A stretch of 64,000 nt of DNA from the NCBI GenBank assembly GCA_963728205.1, contig CAVSIV010000006.1:1504001-1568000 (forward strand), read 5' to 3'. This document shows, in pieces, positions 18,441-26,851 of the stretch. Position 1 is the stretch's first letter; every line of letters starts with the position of its first letter. This DNA is from an uncultured Chloroflexia bacterium (GTDB taxonomy: Bacteria > Chloroflexota > Dehalococcoidia > UBA2979). Below the pieces are notes generated by a model. That model saw nothing but the letters and a program-made list of their open reading frames with translations. It was not told the DNA's origin and made no database searches. Position numbers and translations under genes: made by a program.

Positions 18441-18770
18441 ATGGACGACGACGACCGCGTGTTCCGCGCCCTCGCCGACCCCACGCGCCGGCTCCTCCTC
18501 GACCGGCTCTTCGAGCGCGACGGCCGCACGCTCACGGAGCTCGAGTCCGAGGTGGCGATGACGCGCTTCGGCGTGATGAAGCACCTGCGGGTGCTCGAAG
18601 ACGCGGGGCTCGTCGTCACCCGCCGGTCCGGGCGAGAGAAGCTTCACTTCCTCAACCCGGTGCCGATCCGCCTGATCCACGACCGCTGGATCGACAAGTA
18701 CACGGAGCGCCGGGTGTCGGCGCTCGCGGACCTGAAGCACGAACTGGAGCGAGATGACCACCATGCCTGA
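18441..18770 (+). CDS. ArsR/SmtB family transcriptional regulator
   Basis: VFRALADPTRR, MTRFGVMKHLRVLE, GREKLHFLNPVPI. Confidence 0.9.
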   Translation: MDDDDRVFRALADPTRRLLLDRLFERDGRTLTELESEVAMTRFGVMKHLRVLEDAGLVVTRRSGREKLHFLNPVPIRLIHDRWIDKYTERRVSALADLKHELERDDHHA

Positions 18771-19275
18771 GACGAAGACCGAGCAGGTGTACCGGGTCTA
18801 CATCCGGGCGACGCCCGAGGCGATCTGGGACGCGATCACGAAGCCCGAGTGGACGGTGCGGTACGGCTATGCCCCGCTCGTCGAGTACGACCTCCGGCCC
18901 GGCGGTGCGTTCCGCGCCCACGCCAACGAGGGCATGAAGGCCGTGCCCGGCATCCCCGACGTCGTCAGCGACGGCGAGGTGCTCGAGGTCGACCCGCCGC
19001 GGCGCCTCGTCCAGACGTGGCGCATGACGATGACGCCGGAGCTGGCGGCCGAGGCGTACACGCGCGTGACCTGGGAGATCGAGCCCGTGCGCGGTGGCGT
19101 GACCCGCCTCACCGTGACGCACGACGTCACGGGGGCGCCGATGTGGGGCTCCGTGTCCGCGGGCGAGCACGAGTCGGAGGGCGCCGGCGGCGGCTGGAAC
19201 GAGATCCTGAGCAGCCTGAAGACGCTGCTCGAGACCGGCGAGGCGCTGCCGTTCCAGAGCGGCCCGGCGAACTGA
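18763..19275 (+). CDS. SRPBCC (AHSA1/START) domain protein
   Basis: YIRATPEAIWDAIT, GEVLEVDPPRRLV.TW, GW..ILS.LKTLLETG; typical ArsR partner. Confidence 0.88.
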   Translation: MPETKTEQVYRVYIRATPEAIWDAITKPEWTVRYGYAPLVEYDLRPGGAFRAHANEGMKAVPGIPDVVSDGEVLEVDPPRRLVQTWRMTMTPELAAEAYTRVTWEIEPVRGGVTRLTVTHDVTGAPMWGSVSAGEHESEGAGGGWNEILSSLKTLLETGEALPFQSGPAN

Positions 19276-19371
19276 GGAGGGGACTTCCGCGGCGAGCGCG
19301 GGGCCACGCCGCCCCGTGCTCGCCGCGCGGGCCTGCACGGCGGGGCCCGTGGCCCGCCGCGCGCGCCGCGC

Positions 19372-19448
19372 ACGCGACGACCGCGCGCCGACGGAGCCGG
19401 TGCCCGGCGCGAGCCGACACCGGCGGAGGAGGATGAGAGCGCGGCGGA
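19372..19448 (+). repeat. Repeat family A, solo copy
   Basis: CGACGACCGCGCGCCGACGGAGCCGGTG...CACCGGCGGAGGAGGATGAGAGCGCGGCGGA between convergent genes. Confidence 0.8.
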
Positions 19449-20225
19449 TTACCTTGCCCGGCTGCCGCCGTCGACCGTGTAGATCCCGCCGGTGATGAAC
19501 GACGCGTCGTCGCTCGCGAGGAATGCGACCAGCGCGGCCACCTCCTCCGCCGTCCCGATGCGCCCCATCGGCCCGAGCATCCCCATGTTCCGCTTCGCCG
19601 CGTCCGGATCGTCCGGGTTCGCCCCGCGCGCGAGCTCGTCGCCCATCGGCGTGTCGATCACCGCCGGGCACACGGCGTTCACGCGGATCTTCGACGGCGC
19701 CAGCGCGAGCGCCGCCGACTTCGTCATCCCCACCACCGCGTGCTTGCTCGCGCCGTAGGCGAACAGCGTCGGCGTCCCCTGCAGGCCCGCGACCGACGCC
19801 GTGTTCACGATCGCGCCGCCGCCGCGCGCGCGCATCGCCTGCGCGACCTCGCGCAGCCCCAGCCAGACGCCCTTCACGTTCACCTGCAGCACGCGGTCGA
19901 ACATCTCCTCCGGGTAGTCGAAGAGCGTCGTGACCGGGCCGAGGATGCCGGCGTTGTTGAAGAAGACGTCGATGCCGCCGAAGCGCGCGGTCGCGTCCTC
20001 GACGTAGCGGCGCACGTCGGCCGCCTGCGTGACGTCGGCCGCGATCGTGTGCGCCTCGCCGCCGGCGCGCTCGACCGCGGCGGCGCTCTCGGCGAGCGCG
20101 GTGCCCGCGAGGTCGACGAGCACGACGCGCGCGCCCTCGGACGCGAAGCGCGCCGCCGCCGCGCGGCCGATGCCGCCCGCGGCACCCGTGATCACCGCCA
20201 CCTTGCCGTCGAAGCGCCCCGCCAT
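19449..20225 (-). CDS. Short-chain dehydrogenase/reductase
   Basis: TGAAGGIG, NNAG, NTAS, YGASK. Confidence 0.92.
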   Translation of the reverse strand: MAGRFDGKVAVITGAAGGIGRAAAARFASEGARVVLVDLAGTALAESAAAVERAGGEAHTIAADVTQAADVRRYVEDATARFGGIDVFFNNAGILGPVTTLFDYPEEMFDRVLQVNVKGVWLGLREVAQAMRARGGGAIVNTASVAGLQGTPTLFAYGASKHAVVGMTKSAALALAPSKIRVNAVCPAVIDTPMGDELARGANPDDPDAAKRNMGMLGPMGRIGTAEEVAALVAFLASDDASFITGGIYTVDGGSRAR

Positions 20226-20323
20226 GCCCGACCTCCTCCATGCCGCCGACGCGGCGAGCCGCGAGCCGTCGGCCCGCCGGTTTGCGCGCGGAGTCTAGCG
20301 GGTCGACCGGACGGGACGCGGGG

Positions 20324-20980
20324 TCAGTACTCCGCCTCGATCGCGTTGCCCCACTGGAAGGGGCGCGTCAGGACACAGCCCAGCCGGTGCTCGGCCGCGA
20401 AGTGCTTCACCGCCGCGCGCAGCGGCTCGGTGAGCTCGGCGCGGTAGCCGACCTCCTGCGCGTACATGCGCGGGTGCAGGTAGACGTCGATGTACGCGAT
20501 GCGCCCCGCCGCCGGCGGCAGCAGCGCCGCCGCCTGAGCGAACTCCTGCGCTGCCTGGCGCAGCAGCTCGTCCATCGTGCGCACGGGCCACAGGCGGCGC
20601 GGCGCGACGTAGGCGTCGTGCGCGGCGACGTGGACGAGCATCGGCGCGTCGGCGGCCTCCGCCTGCGGCGCGAACCGCGGCGGGCCGAGGTGCGCGGCCG
20701 CCCACGCGAAGGCACACGCCTCGGTGAAGACGTCCTGCAGTCGCTCGTCGCGCTCCGACCAGCCGTCGCACGCGTCCTCGCCGTGCGCGTGCACGAGCCG
20801 CGTCGCGAGCGTCTCGATGCCGCCGCCCTCCGCCACCGCGTCGAGGGCGCGGCCGAGCCAGTAGATCGGCGGGTTGTGCTCCGGCGTGCGCGACTTCAGC
20901 CACGCCACCCAGCACGACTCGCCCCACTGATCGGGCTCGATGCGGGGAAAGAGCTGTTCTGCCCAACCGGCGATTTCCAC
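20324..20980 (-). CDS. Hypothetical protein
   Basis: Globular, protein-like composition and GC3-biased codons from GTG 20980 (VEIAGWAEQLFP...RPFQWGNAIEAEY); no family recognised. Confidence 0.6.
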   Translation of the reverse strand: MEIAGWAEQLFPRIEPDQWGESCWVAWLKSRTPEHNPPIYWLGRALDAVAEGGGIETLATRLVHAHGEDACDGWSERDERLQDVFTEACAFAWAAAHLGPPRFAPQAEAADAPMLVHVAAHDAYVAPRRLWPVRTMDELLRQAAQEFAQAAALLPPAAGRIAYIDVYLHPRMYAQEVGYRAELTEPLRAAVKHFAAEHRLGCVLTRPFQWGNAIEAEY

Positions 20981-21050
20981 GCGGCCATCGTACGGGGACG
21001 CTGCCGGAGCGGCCTGCGCGCCGCGGCATTTCCCCCCGCCGGCCGGCGGC

Positions 21051-21572
21051 ACGCGGACGGAGGAGGGTCAGAGCGCGGCGCTCGGCGGCTACCCACACGA
21101 CGACCGCGCGCCGACGGAGTCCGCGCCCGGCGCGAGCCGACGCGGACGGAGGAGGAGGCGCTCAGCGGCTACCCACACGACGACCGCGCGCCGACGGAGT
21201 CCGCGCCCGGCGCGAGCCGACGCGGACGGAGGAGGAGGCGCTCAGCGGCTACCCACACGACGACCGCGCGCCGACGGAGTCCGCGCCCGGCGCGAGCCGA
21301 CGCGGACGGAGGAGGAGGCGCTCAGCGGCTACCCACACGACGACCGCGCGCCGACGGAGTCCGCGCCCGGCGCGAGCCGACGCGGACGGAGGAGGAGGCG
21401 CTCAGCGGCTACCCACACGACGACCGCGCGCCGACGGAGTCCGCGCCCGGCGCGAGCCGACGCGGACGGAGGAGGAGGCGCTCAGCGGCTACCCACACGA
21501 CGACCGCGCGCCGACGGAGTCCGCGCCCGGCGCGAGCCGACGCGGACGGAGGAGGATCAGAGCGCGGCGGAT
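21051..21572 (+). repeat. Tandem array of family A: six 80-bp units plus a partial lead-in
   Basis: ACCCACACGACGACC recurs at 21091, 21171, 21251, 21331, 21411 and 21491; no variable spacers. Confidence 0.95.
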
Positions 21573-21627
21573 CACGTGTAGGATTCCCGCGCCCCTCGAC
21601 ACGCACGCGAACGCGGGAGAACGCCCG

Positions 21628-22431
21628 ATGCTGGAGACGCTCAAACTCGACGGCAAGACGATCATCGTGACCGGCGGCGGCCGCGGGCTGGGTCGCGCAA
21701 TGGCGAAGGCGCTGGCCGAGGCCGGCGCGCGCGTCGTCGTCGCCGCCCGCACGCAGGAGCAGCTCGACGAGACCGTGAAGGAGATCACGGACGCCGGCGG
21801 CGAGGCGATGGCCGTCCGCACCGACGTCACCGACTCCGACCAGGTGAACTCGCTCGTCGCCGCGGCGGTGGAGACCTACGGCCGGCTGGACGGCATGTTC
21901 GCGAACGCCGGCATCGGCGGCGGCACGAACGCCGAGTTCTGGGACTACCCGGACTGGGCGTTCGAAGAGGTCCTCGCCGTCAACCTGAAGTCGGCGTTCT
22001 ACTCCGGCCGCGCCGCGGCGAAGCAGTTCGTCGAGCAGGGCAGCGGCGGCGTGATCGTGAACACCGCGTCCGGGACGGCGATGCGGGGCAACAAGGGCTT
22101 CGCCTACCCGACGGCGAAGGGCGGCGTGCTCTCGCTGACGAAGTCGGAGGCGACGATGCTCTGGCCGCAGGGCATCCGCGCGAACGTGATCGTCCCCGGC
22201 TTCGTCTCGCAGCGCCCGCCGAAGGACGAGGCAGAGGCCGCGTTCCGCAAGCAGCGCGGGTCGTTCGTCCCGGTGCGGCGGCTCGGCGAGTGGTGGGAGC
22301 TCGGCCCGCTGGCGGTGTTCCTCGCCTCGGACGCCTCGAAGTACATCACCGGCAACGAGTTCGTCATCGACGGCGGTGGGCTCGCCGGCGGCCTCGGGCC
22401 CGTCGGCTTCGAGCCGCAGCACGAGTGGTAG
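21628..22431 (+). CDS. SDR oxidoreductase (canonical)
   Basis: TGGGRGLG, NAG, NTAS, YPTAK. Confidence 0.9.
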   Translation: MLETLKLDGKTIIVTGGGRGLGRAMAKALAEAGARVVVAARTQEQLDETVKEITDAGGEAMAVRTDVTDSDQVNSLVAAAVETYGRLDGMFANAGIGGGTNAEFWDYPDWAFEEVLAVNLKSAFYSGRAAAKQFVEQGSGGVIVNTASGTAMRGNKGFAYPTAKGGVLSLTKSEATMLWPQGIRANVIVPGFVSQRPPKDEAEAAFRKQRGSFVPVRRLGEWWELGPLAVFLASDASKYITGNEFVIDGGGLAGGLGPVGFEPQHEW

Positions 22432-22442
22432 GGGGACGCACG

Positions 22443-23225
22443 ATGCCGAAGGCCGCGCACTTCAACCTGGAGGGCAAGCGGGCGATGGTCGTCGGGGTCG
22501 AGAACCCCGCCGCCGCCGCGATCGCGCTCGCGTTCGCGGAAGCCGGCGCCGACGTCGCGCTGTGCACGCTCGAGCCGAACGAGGCCGTGCCCGCCGCGCG
22601 CAAGGTCGCGAAGCAGATCGAGGGGATGGGACGAAAGTCCGGCGTCTACGTGATGGACGTGACGCTCGGCAAGAACGTCCAGGTCACGACGCGCCAGGTC
22701 GCGAAGGAGATGGGCGGCCTCGACCTCGTGGTGAGCGCGCCCGATCACTTCCTCGCCAAGCCGATCACGAAGATCAGCGACACCGAGCTGGCGAACGTGC
22801 TCAAGGTGAACTTCAGCGCGCACTTCTTCGTCGTGCGCCAGGCGGTCGCCGAGCTGCAGAAGAACGACGAAGGCGGCCGCATCATCGTGGTCACGAGCGT
22901 GCTCGGCGAGCGCGGCCTGCCCAACACGTCGGCCTACTCCGGGGCGACGGGCGCGGCGTACAACCTCGTGCGCGCGGTCGCGCAGGAGGTCGCCGACGAC
23001 GGGATCACCGTCAACGGCATCGCGCTCGGCTGGATGGACTGGCAGAGCGACCGGCTGGCCCCCGGCGACGAGCAGGCGCAGCGTGCGACGCGCTTCCCGA
23101 TCATGAAGCGCCCCGGGACGGCGGAGGAGGTGGGGCCGCTGGCCGTGTATCTCGCGGGCACCGGCACCGGCTACGTGACGGGCCAGATCTTCCCCGTCGA
23201 CGGGGGCCTGCTGCAGCACCTGTAG
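22443..23225 (+). CDS. SDR-fold protein with degenerate NAD-binding and catalytic motifs
   Basis: SDR layout (GGLDLVV, ITVNGIA.G, YVTGQ..PVDGG) but VGVENPAA replaces TGxxxGxG and YSGAT replaces YxxxK. Confidence 0.8.
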   Translation: MPKAAHFNLEGKRAMVVGVENPAAAAIALAFAEAGADVALCTLEPNEAVPAARKVAKQIEGMGRKSGVYVMDVTLGKNVQVTTRQVAKEMGGLDLVVSAPDHFLAKPITKISDTELANVLKVNFSAHFFVVRQAVAELQKNDEGGRIIVVTSVLGERGLPNTSAYSGATGAAYNLVRAVAQEVADDGITVNGIALGWMDWQSDRLAPGDEQAQRATRFPIMKRPGTAEEVGPLAVYLAGTGTGYVTGQIFPVDGGLLQHL

Positions 23226-23548
23226 CGTGGGGGCGCCGAACGCGCCCGGGTGCGTCATGCGGGCGCCCTGCACTTGCCGCGTGAGGCGCCACTCGGGCCG
23301 CACAAGCCGCGCGCGTCACGCGGGCGGTGCGCCGCGGCGCGGGGCGCGGTCGGCGTGGCTGGCTCGGCGGTACACGGCGTACCGCCCGCGTCATGCGGGC
23401 GGCTTTGCGTGTGCCGCGTGCGGCGCCCACCGGGGCCACGCAAGCCACCCTCGGCACGCGGGAGGTGCGCTGGCGCCGCCCCGGGAGCCCGCGCACCTGT
23501 TCCGCCGGGTGCATAATCCCCGCGCACACGACGAGCGAGGGGGACGCC

Positions 23549-24451
23549 ATGGACTACGAGACGCTGATCGTCGAGAAGGAGCGCGGCCGCGCGCGCATCA
23601 CCCTCAACCGCCCCGAGAAGCTGAACGCGCTCTCGGGGCGCCTGCAGCAGGAGCTCCGCGAGGCGCTGCTCGACGCCGACCAGGACACGCGCGTCCACTG
23701 CGTGATCCTGCGCGGCGCCGGCCGCGCGTTCTGCGCCGGCTACGACCTCACGCCGGAGCGCCGCCGCCCCGGCGAAAGCGATGCCCGCGACGACTACCCC
23801 GAGGTCTACCGCAACAGCACCGCGTTCGATGACGACGTGTGGCGGATGGAGTCGGCGCAGCACGACCGCATGACGATCTTCGACATGCACAAGCCGGTCA
23901 TCGGGCAGGTGCACGGCTACTGCGTCGCCGGCGGCACCGACCTCGTGTTCCTGTGCGACATCGTGGTCGCGGCCGACGACGCGCGCATCGGCTTCCCGCC
24001 GGTGCGCGCGATGGGCGGACCGCCCGCGCACATGTGGACCTACCACGTCGGCCCGCAGTGGGCGAAGTACATGCTGCTGACCGGCGAGTTCGTCTCGGGC
24101 GCCGAGGCCGAGCGCATCGGCCTCGTGTGGAAGGCCGTCCCGGGCGACCAGCTGACGGAGACGGTCGAGGAGCTTGCCGACCGCATGGCGATGATCGACC
24201 CGGACTTCCTCGCCGGGAACAAGCGCGCGGTGAACCTCGCGCTCGAGCTGCAGGGCGCGCGCACGATGCAGCGCCTCGCCGCCGAGCTCGACGCGCGCAT
24301 GCACACGTCGCCGGCGATGGAGGACTGGCGCCGCCGCAATCGCGAGGAGGGCCTGAAGCAGGCGCTCGCCTGGCGGGACGGCCGGTTCGCCAACCTCGAC
24401 CAGCGCCGCGACTGGCAGCGGGAGCAGTGGTCCGAGGGTCCGCGCCAGTAG
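23549..24451 (+). CDS. Enoyl-CoA hydratase/isomerase family protein
   Basis: ITLNRPEKLNAL, AFCAGYDL, KPVIGQVHGYCVAGG, IGFPP. Confidence 0.9.
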   Translation: MDYETLIVEKERGRARITLNRPEKLNALSGRLQQELREALLDADQDTRVHCVILRGAGRAFCAGYDLTPERRRPGESDARDDYPEVYRNSTAFDDDVWRMESAQHDRMTIFDMHKPVIGQVHGYCVAGGTDLVFLCDIVVAADDARIGFPPVRAMGGPPAHMWTYHVGPQWAKYMLLTGEFVSGAEAERIGLVWKAVPGDQLTETVEELADRMAMIDPDFLAGNKRAVNLALELQGARTMQRLAAELDARMHTSPAMEDWRRRNREEGLKQALAWRDGRFANLDQRRDWQREQWSEGPRQ

Positions 24452-24470
24452 CGGGCGGCCCCGGTGGCTT

Positions 24471-24531
24471 GCGTCCAGCGGCGGCAGCATGCCGCCGACC
24501 GCATCGGCGGCATGCTGCCGCCGCTGGACGC
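24471..24531. repeat. Family B perfect 28-bp inverted repeat
   Basis: GCGTCCAGCGGCGGCAGCATGCCGCCGA-ccgca-TCGGCGGCATGCTGCCGCCGCTGGACGC. Confidence 0.85.
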
Positions 24532-24601
24532 GGGCGTTCGCCCCGGCTCGCGAGCAACGTTAGGATTCGCGAACGCACGTCAGACGGGAACGGGTGAAGC
24601 G

Positions 24602-25402
24602 ATGGGGATCCTCGACCAGTTCGATCTCAGCGGCCAGGCCGCGATCATCACCGGCGCCGGCAGCGGCCTCGGCCAGCAGATGGCGCTCGCGCTCGCGGAA
24701 GCGGGCTGCGACGTCGTCGGCGCCGGGCGCCGCGCGGAGCCGCTCGAAGAGACCGGCGCGATGATCCGCGCGCAGGGCCGGCGCTACCTCGCCTGCCCCG
24801 GCACGGACGTGACCGACTCCTCCGCCGCCAACGACATGGTGGAGAAGGCCATCGCCGCGATGGGCCGCATCACCGTCCTCATCAACAACGCCGGTCTCGG
24901 CGGCTCCGGTCGCGGCAAGACGCTGCCCGAGCTCACCGACGAGGACTGGCACAGCGGCATCGACAGCAACCTCAGCAGCGCCTTCTACTGCGCCCGCGCC
25001 ATCGTCCCGCACATGCTCGAGCACGGCGGCGGCCGCATCATCAACATCACTTCGGGCTGGGGCTTCCGCGGCGGCCGCAACAACTTCATGTACTCGGTCG
25101 CCAAGGGCGGCGTGATCCAGCTGACGAAGGCGCTCGCGATGACCTACGCGCGCGACAACATCCGCGCGACCTGCATCGCCCCCGGCCTCTTTCCGCACAC
25201 CGACAACGAGGACATGCTGAACCAGCTCGGCGAGAAGCAGCCCGGCGGGCGCGTCGGCCGCATGAAGGAGATCGGTCCCCTGGCCGTCTTCCTCGCCGCG
25301 CCGGCGTCCGACTACGTGTCGGGTGAGACGATCCTGATCGACGGCGGCGCGATCGCCGCGGGCGTCACGCCCGCCGGCCTCGAGCCCGTGGCGGAGGGGT
25401 AG
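24602..25402 (+). CDS. SDR oxidoreductase (canonical)
   Basis: TGAGSGLG, NNAG, NITS, YSVAK. Confidence 0.9.
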   Translation: MGILDQFDLSGQAAIITGAGSGLGQQMALALAEAGCDVVGAGRRAEPLEETGAMIRAQGRRYLACPGTDVTDSSAANDMVEKAIAAMGRITVLINNAGLGGSGRGKTLPELTDEDWHSGIDSNLSSAFYCARAIVPHMLEHGGGRIINITSGWGFRGGRNNFMYSVAKGGVIQLTKALAMTYARDNIRATCIAPGLFPHTDNEDMLNQLGEKQPGGRVGRMKEIGPLAVFLAAPASDYVSGETILIDGGAIAAGVTPAGLEPVAEG

Positions 25403-25408
25403 AGCACC

Positions 25409-26179
25409 GTGGCCTTCTTCGATCTCTCGGGCAAGCACGCCCTCATCACCGGCGCGACCGGGCCGCTGCAGCGCGCGCTGGCGGTCGCGCTGGCCGACGC
25501 CGGCGCCGACGTCTCGCTCACGACCCTCCACGCCGATCAGGCGGAGGAGGTACAGGCGAACTCGATCCTCAACGAGTGCTGGTCGTTCGGCCGCAAGGGC
25601 GAGGTGAAGACCGTCGATCTCACCGACGCGACTGCCGTCGACCGCGCGGTCGGCGAGCTGGAGTCGTCGGTCGGGCCCATCGACATCCTCGTGAACGGCG
25701 TTCACGAGGCGAACATCAAGCCGATCCTGCAGACCAGCGCCGCTGAGTGGGAACGCGAGCTGTCCCGCGACGCGACGAGCGTCTTCGTCGCGACGCAGGC
25801 CGTCGGCAAGCGCATGCTCGAGCGCGGCAAGGGCCGCGTCGTCGCGCTGGTCTCGATCCTCGAGGACCGCGGCGTGCCGAACTGCGCGACCTTCGGCGCC
25901 GCGCAGGGCGCCGTGCTCGGCTTCGTGCGGTCCGCCGGCATCGAGTGGGGGCGCCACGGCGTGACCGTGAACGCGCTCGCGCTCGGGTTCTTCGACGACG
26001 TCGCCGGCCCGCAGCGCGACGAGGAGCTGCACGCGGTGCTCGAGCGCTACATCCCGCTGCGCCGCCTGGGCACCCCGGCGGACCTGCAGGGCGCGCTCCT
26101 CTACCTCGTCTCCGACGAGGCGGCCTTCGTGATGAGCGAGACGATCACCGTCGACGGCGCGATCGCGATCCACGCGTAG
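25409..26179 (+). CDS. SDR-fold protein with degenerate motifs
   Basis: TGATGPLQ instead of TGxxxGxG; FGAAQ instead of YxxxK; otherwise SDR-like (GPIDILVN, VTVNAL, IPLRRLG.P). Confidence 0.8.
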   Translation: MAFFDLSGKHALITGATGPLQRALAVALADAGADVSLTTLHADQAEEVQANSILNECWSFGRKGEVKTVDLTDATAVDRAVGELESSVGPIDILVNGVHEANIKPILQTSAAEWERELSRDATSVFVATQAVGKRMLERGKGRVVALVSILEDRGVPNCATFGAAQGAVLGFVRSAGIEWGRHGVTVNALALGFFDDVAGPQRDEELHAVLERYIPLRRLGTPADLQGALLYLVSDEAAFVMSETITVDGAIAIHA

Positions 26180-26181
26180 TG

Positions 26182-26772
26182 GTGAGCGCGGGCGAGCAGC
26201 CGCGCGGACCGGCCGGCCGGCGCGCCCCGGTGGGGCAGCCCGGCCCGACCTGGACCGGCGACGGCTCGCTGCGCCCGCGGCCGCAGCGGCCGGAGCCGCT
26301 CAACCTCACGCCGCACAAGGTCGCCACCGGCCCCGCCGGCCTCGAGATCGCGACCTTCCGCCGCCGCCTCGGCGGATTCCTCATCGACCAGGGCATCCTG
26401 TCGCTGATCGCGATCGGCATGGCGATGGTGATCTTCGCGGGCGTCGACCTGAAGGACCCGGTGCAGTCCGATGCGGCATTGCAGCGGCTCGCGCTCGCGT
26501 ACTACGCGGTGATGACCGTGTACTACTGGTACTTCAACATGCGTGGCCAGACGCCCGGCAAGCGCGCGATGGGACTGCGTCTCGTCGCCGCGGACGGCAG
26601 TCCGCCGGGCATCTGGCGGTCGTTGCTGCGCGCCGCCGCGATCCAGATCAGCTCGTTTTTCTGGCTCGGCTACATCTGGGCGTCGTGGGACCCCCACACG
26701 CAGACCTGGCACGACAAGTGGGCGCGGACGTGGGTCGTGCGTGCGCCGGAGTCGGGCCGTCCGCCGGCCTAG
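26182..26772 (+). CDS. RDD family membrane protein
   Basis: ATFRRRLGGFLID, GQTPGKRAMGLRLV, QTWHDKWARTWV. Confidence 0.88.
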   Translation: MSAGEQPRGPAGRRAPVGQPGPTWTGDGSLRPRPQRPEPLNLTPHKVATGPAGLEIATFRRRLGGFLIDQGILSLIAIGMAMVIFAGVDLKDPVQSDAALQRLALAYYAVMTVYYWYFNMRGQTPGKRAMGLRLVAADGSPPGIWRSLLRAAAIQISSFFWLGYIWASWDPHTQTWHDKWARTWVVRAPESGRPPA

Positions 26773-26851
26773 ACGGCCGCGCCGTAGCGTCCGCGGCGCC
26801 GCATCCCTCGGCGGAAGAGCGGCCACCGCGCGGACGACGCGCCCGACCTGG

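Noticed and set aside
21051-21572. CRISPR array or repeat-protein ORFs
   Set aside because: Units are identical with no spacers, no cas genes are present, and the 80-bp period is not a multiple of 3.
23226-23548. ncRNA or small gene in the 320-bp gap
   Set aside because: Only short CGTCA[TC]GCGGGCG-like echoes and a possible CATAAT -10; no convincing ORF or fold.
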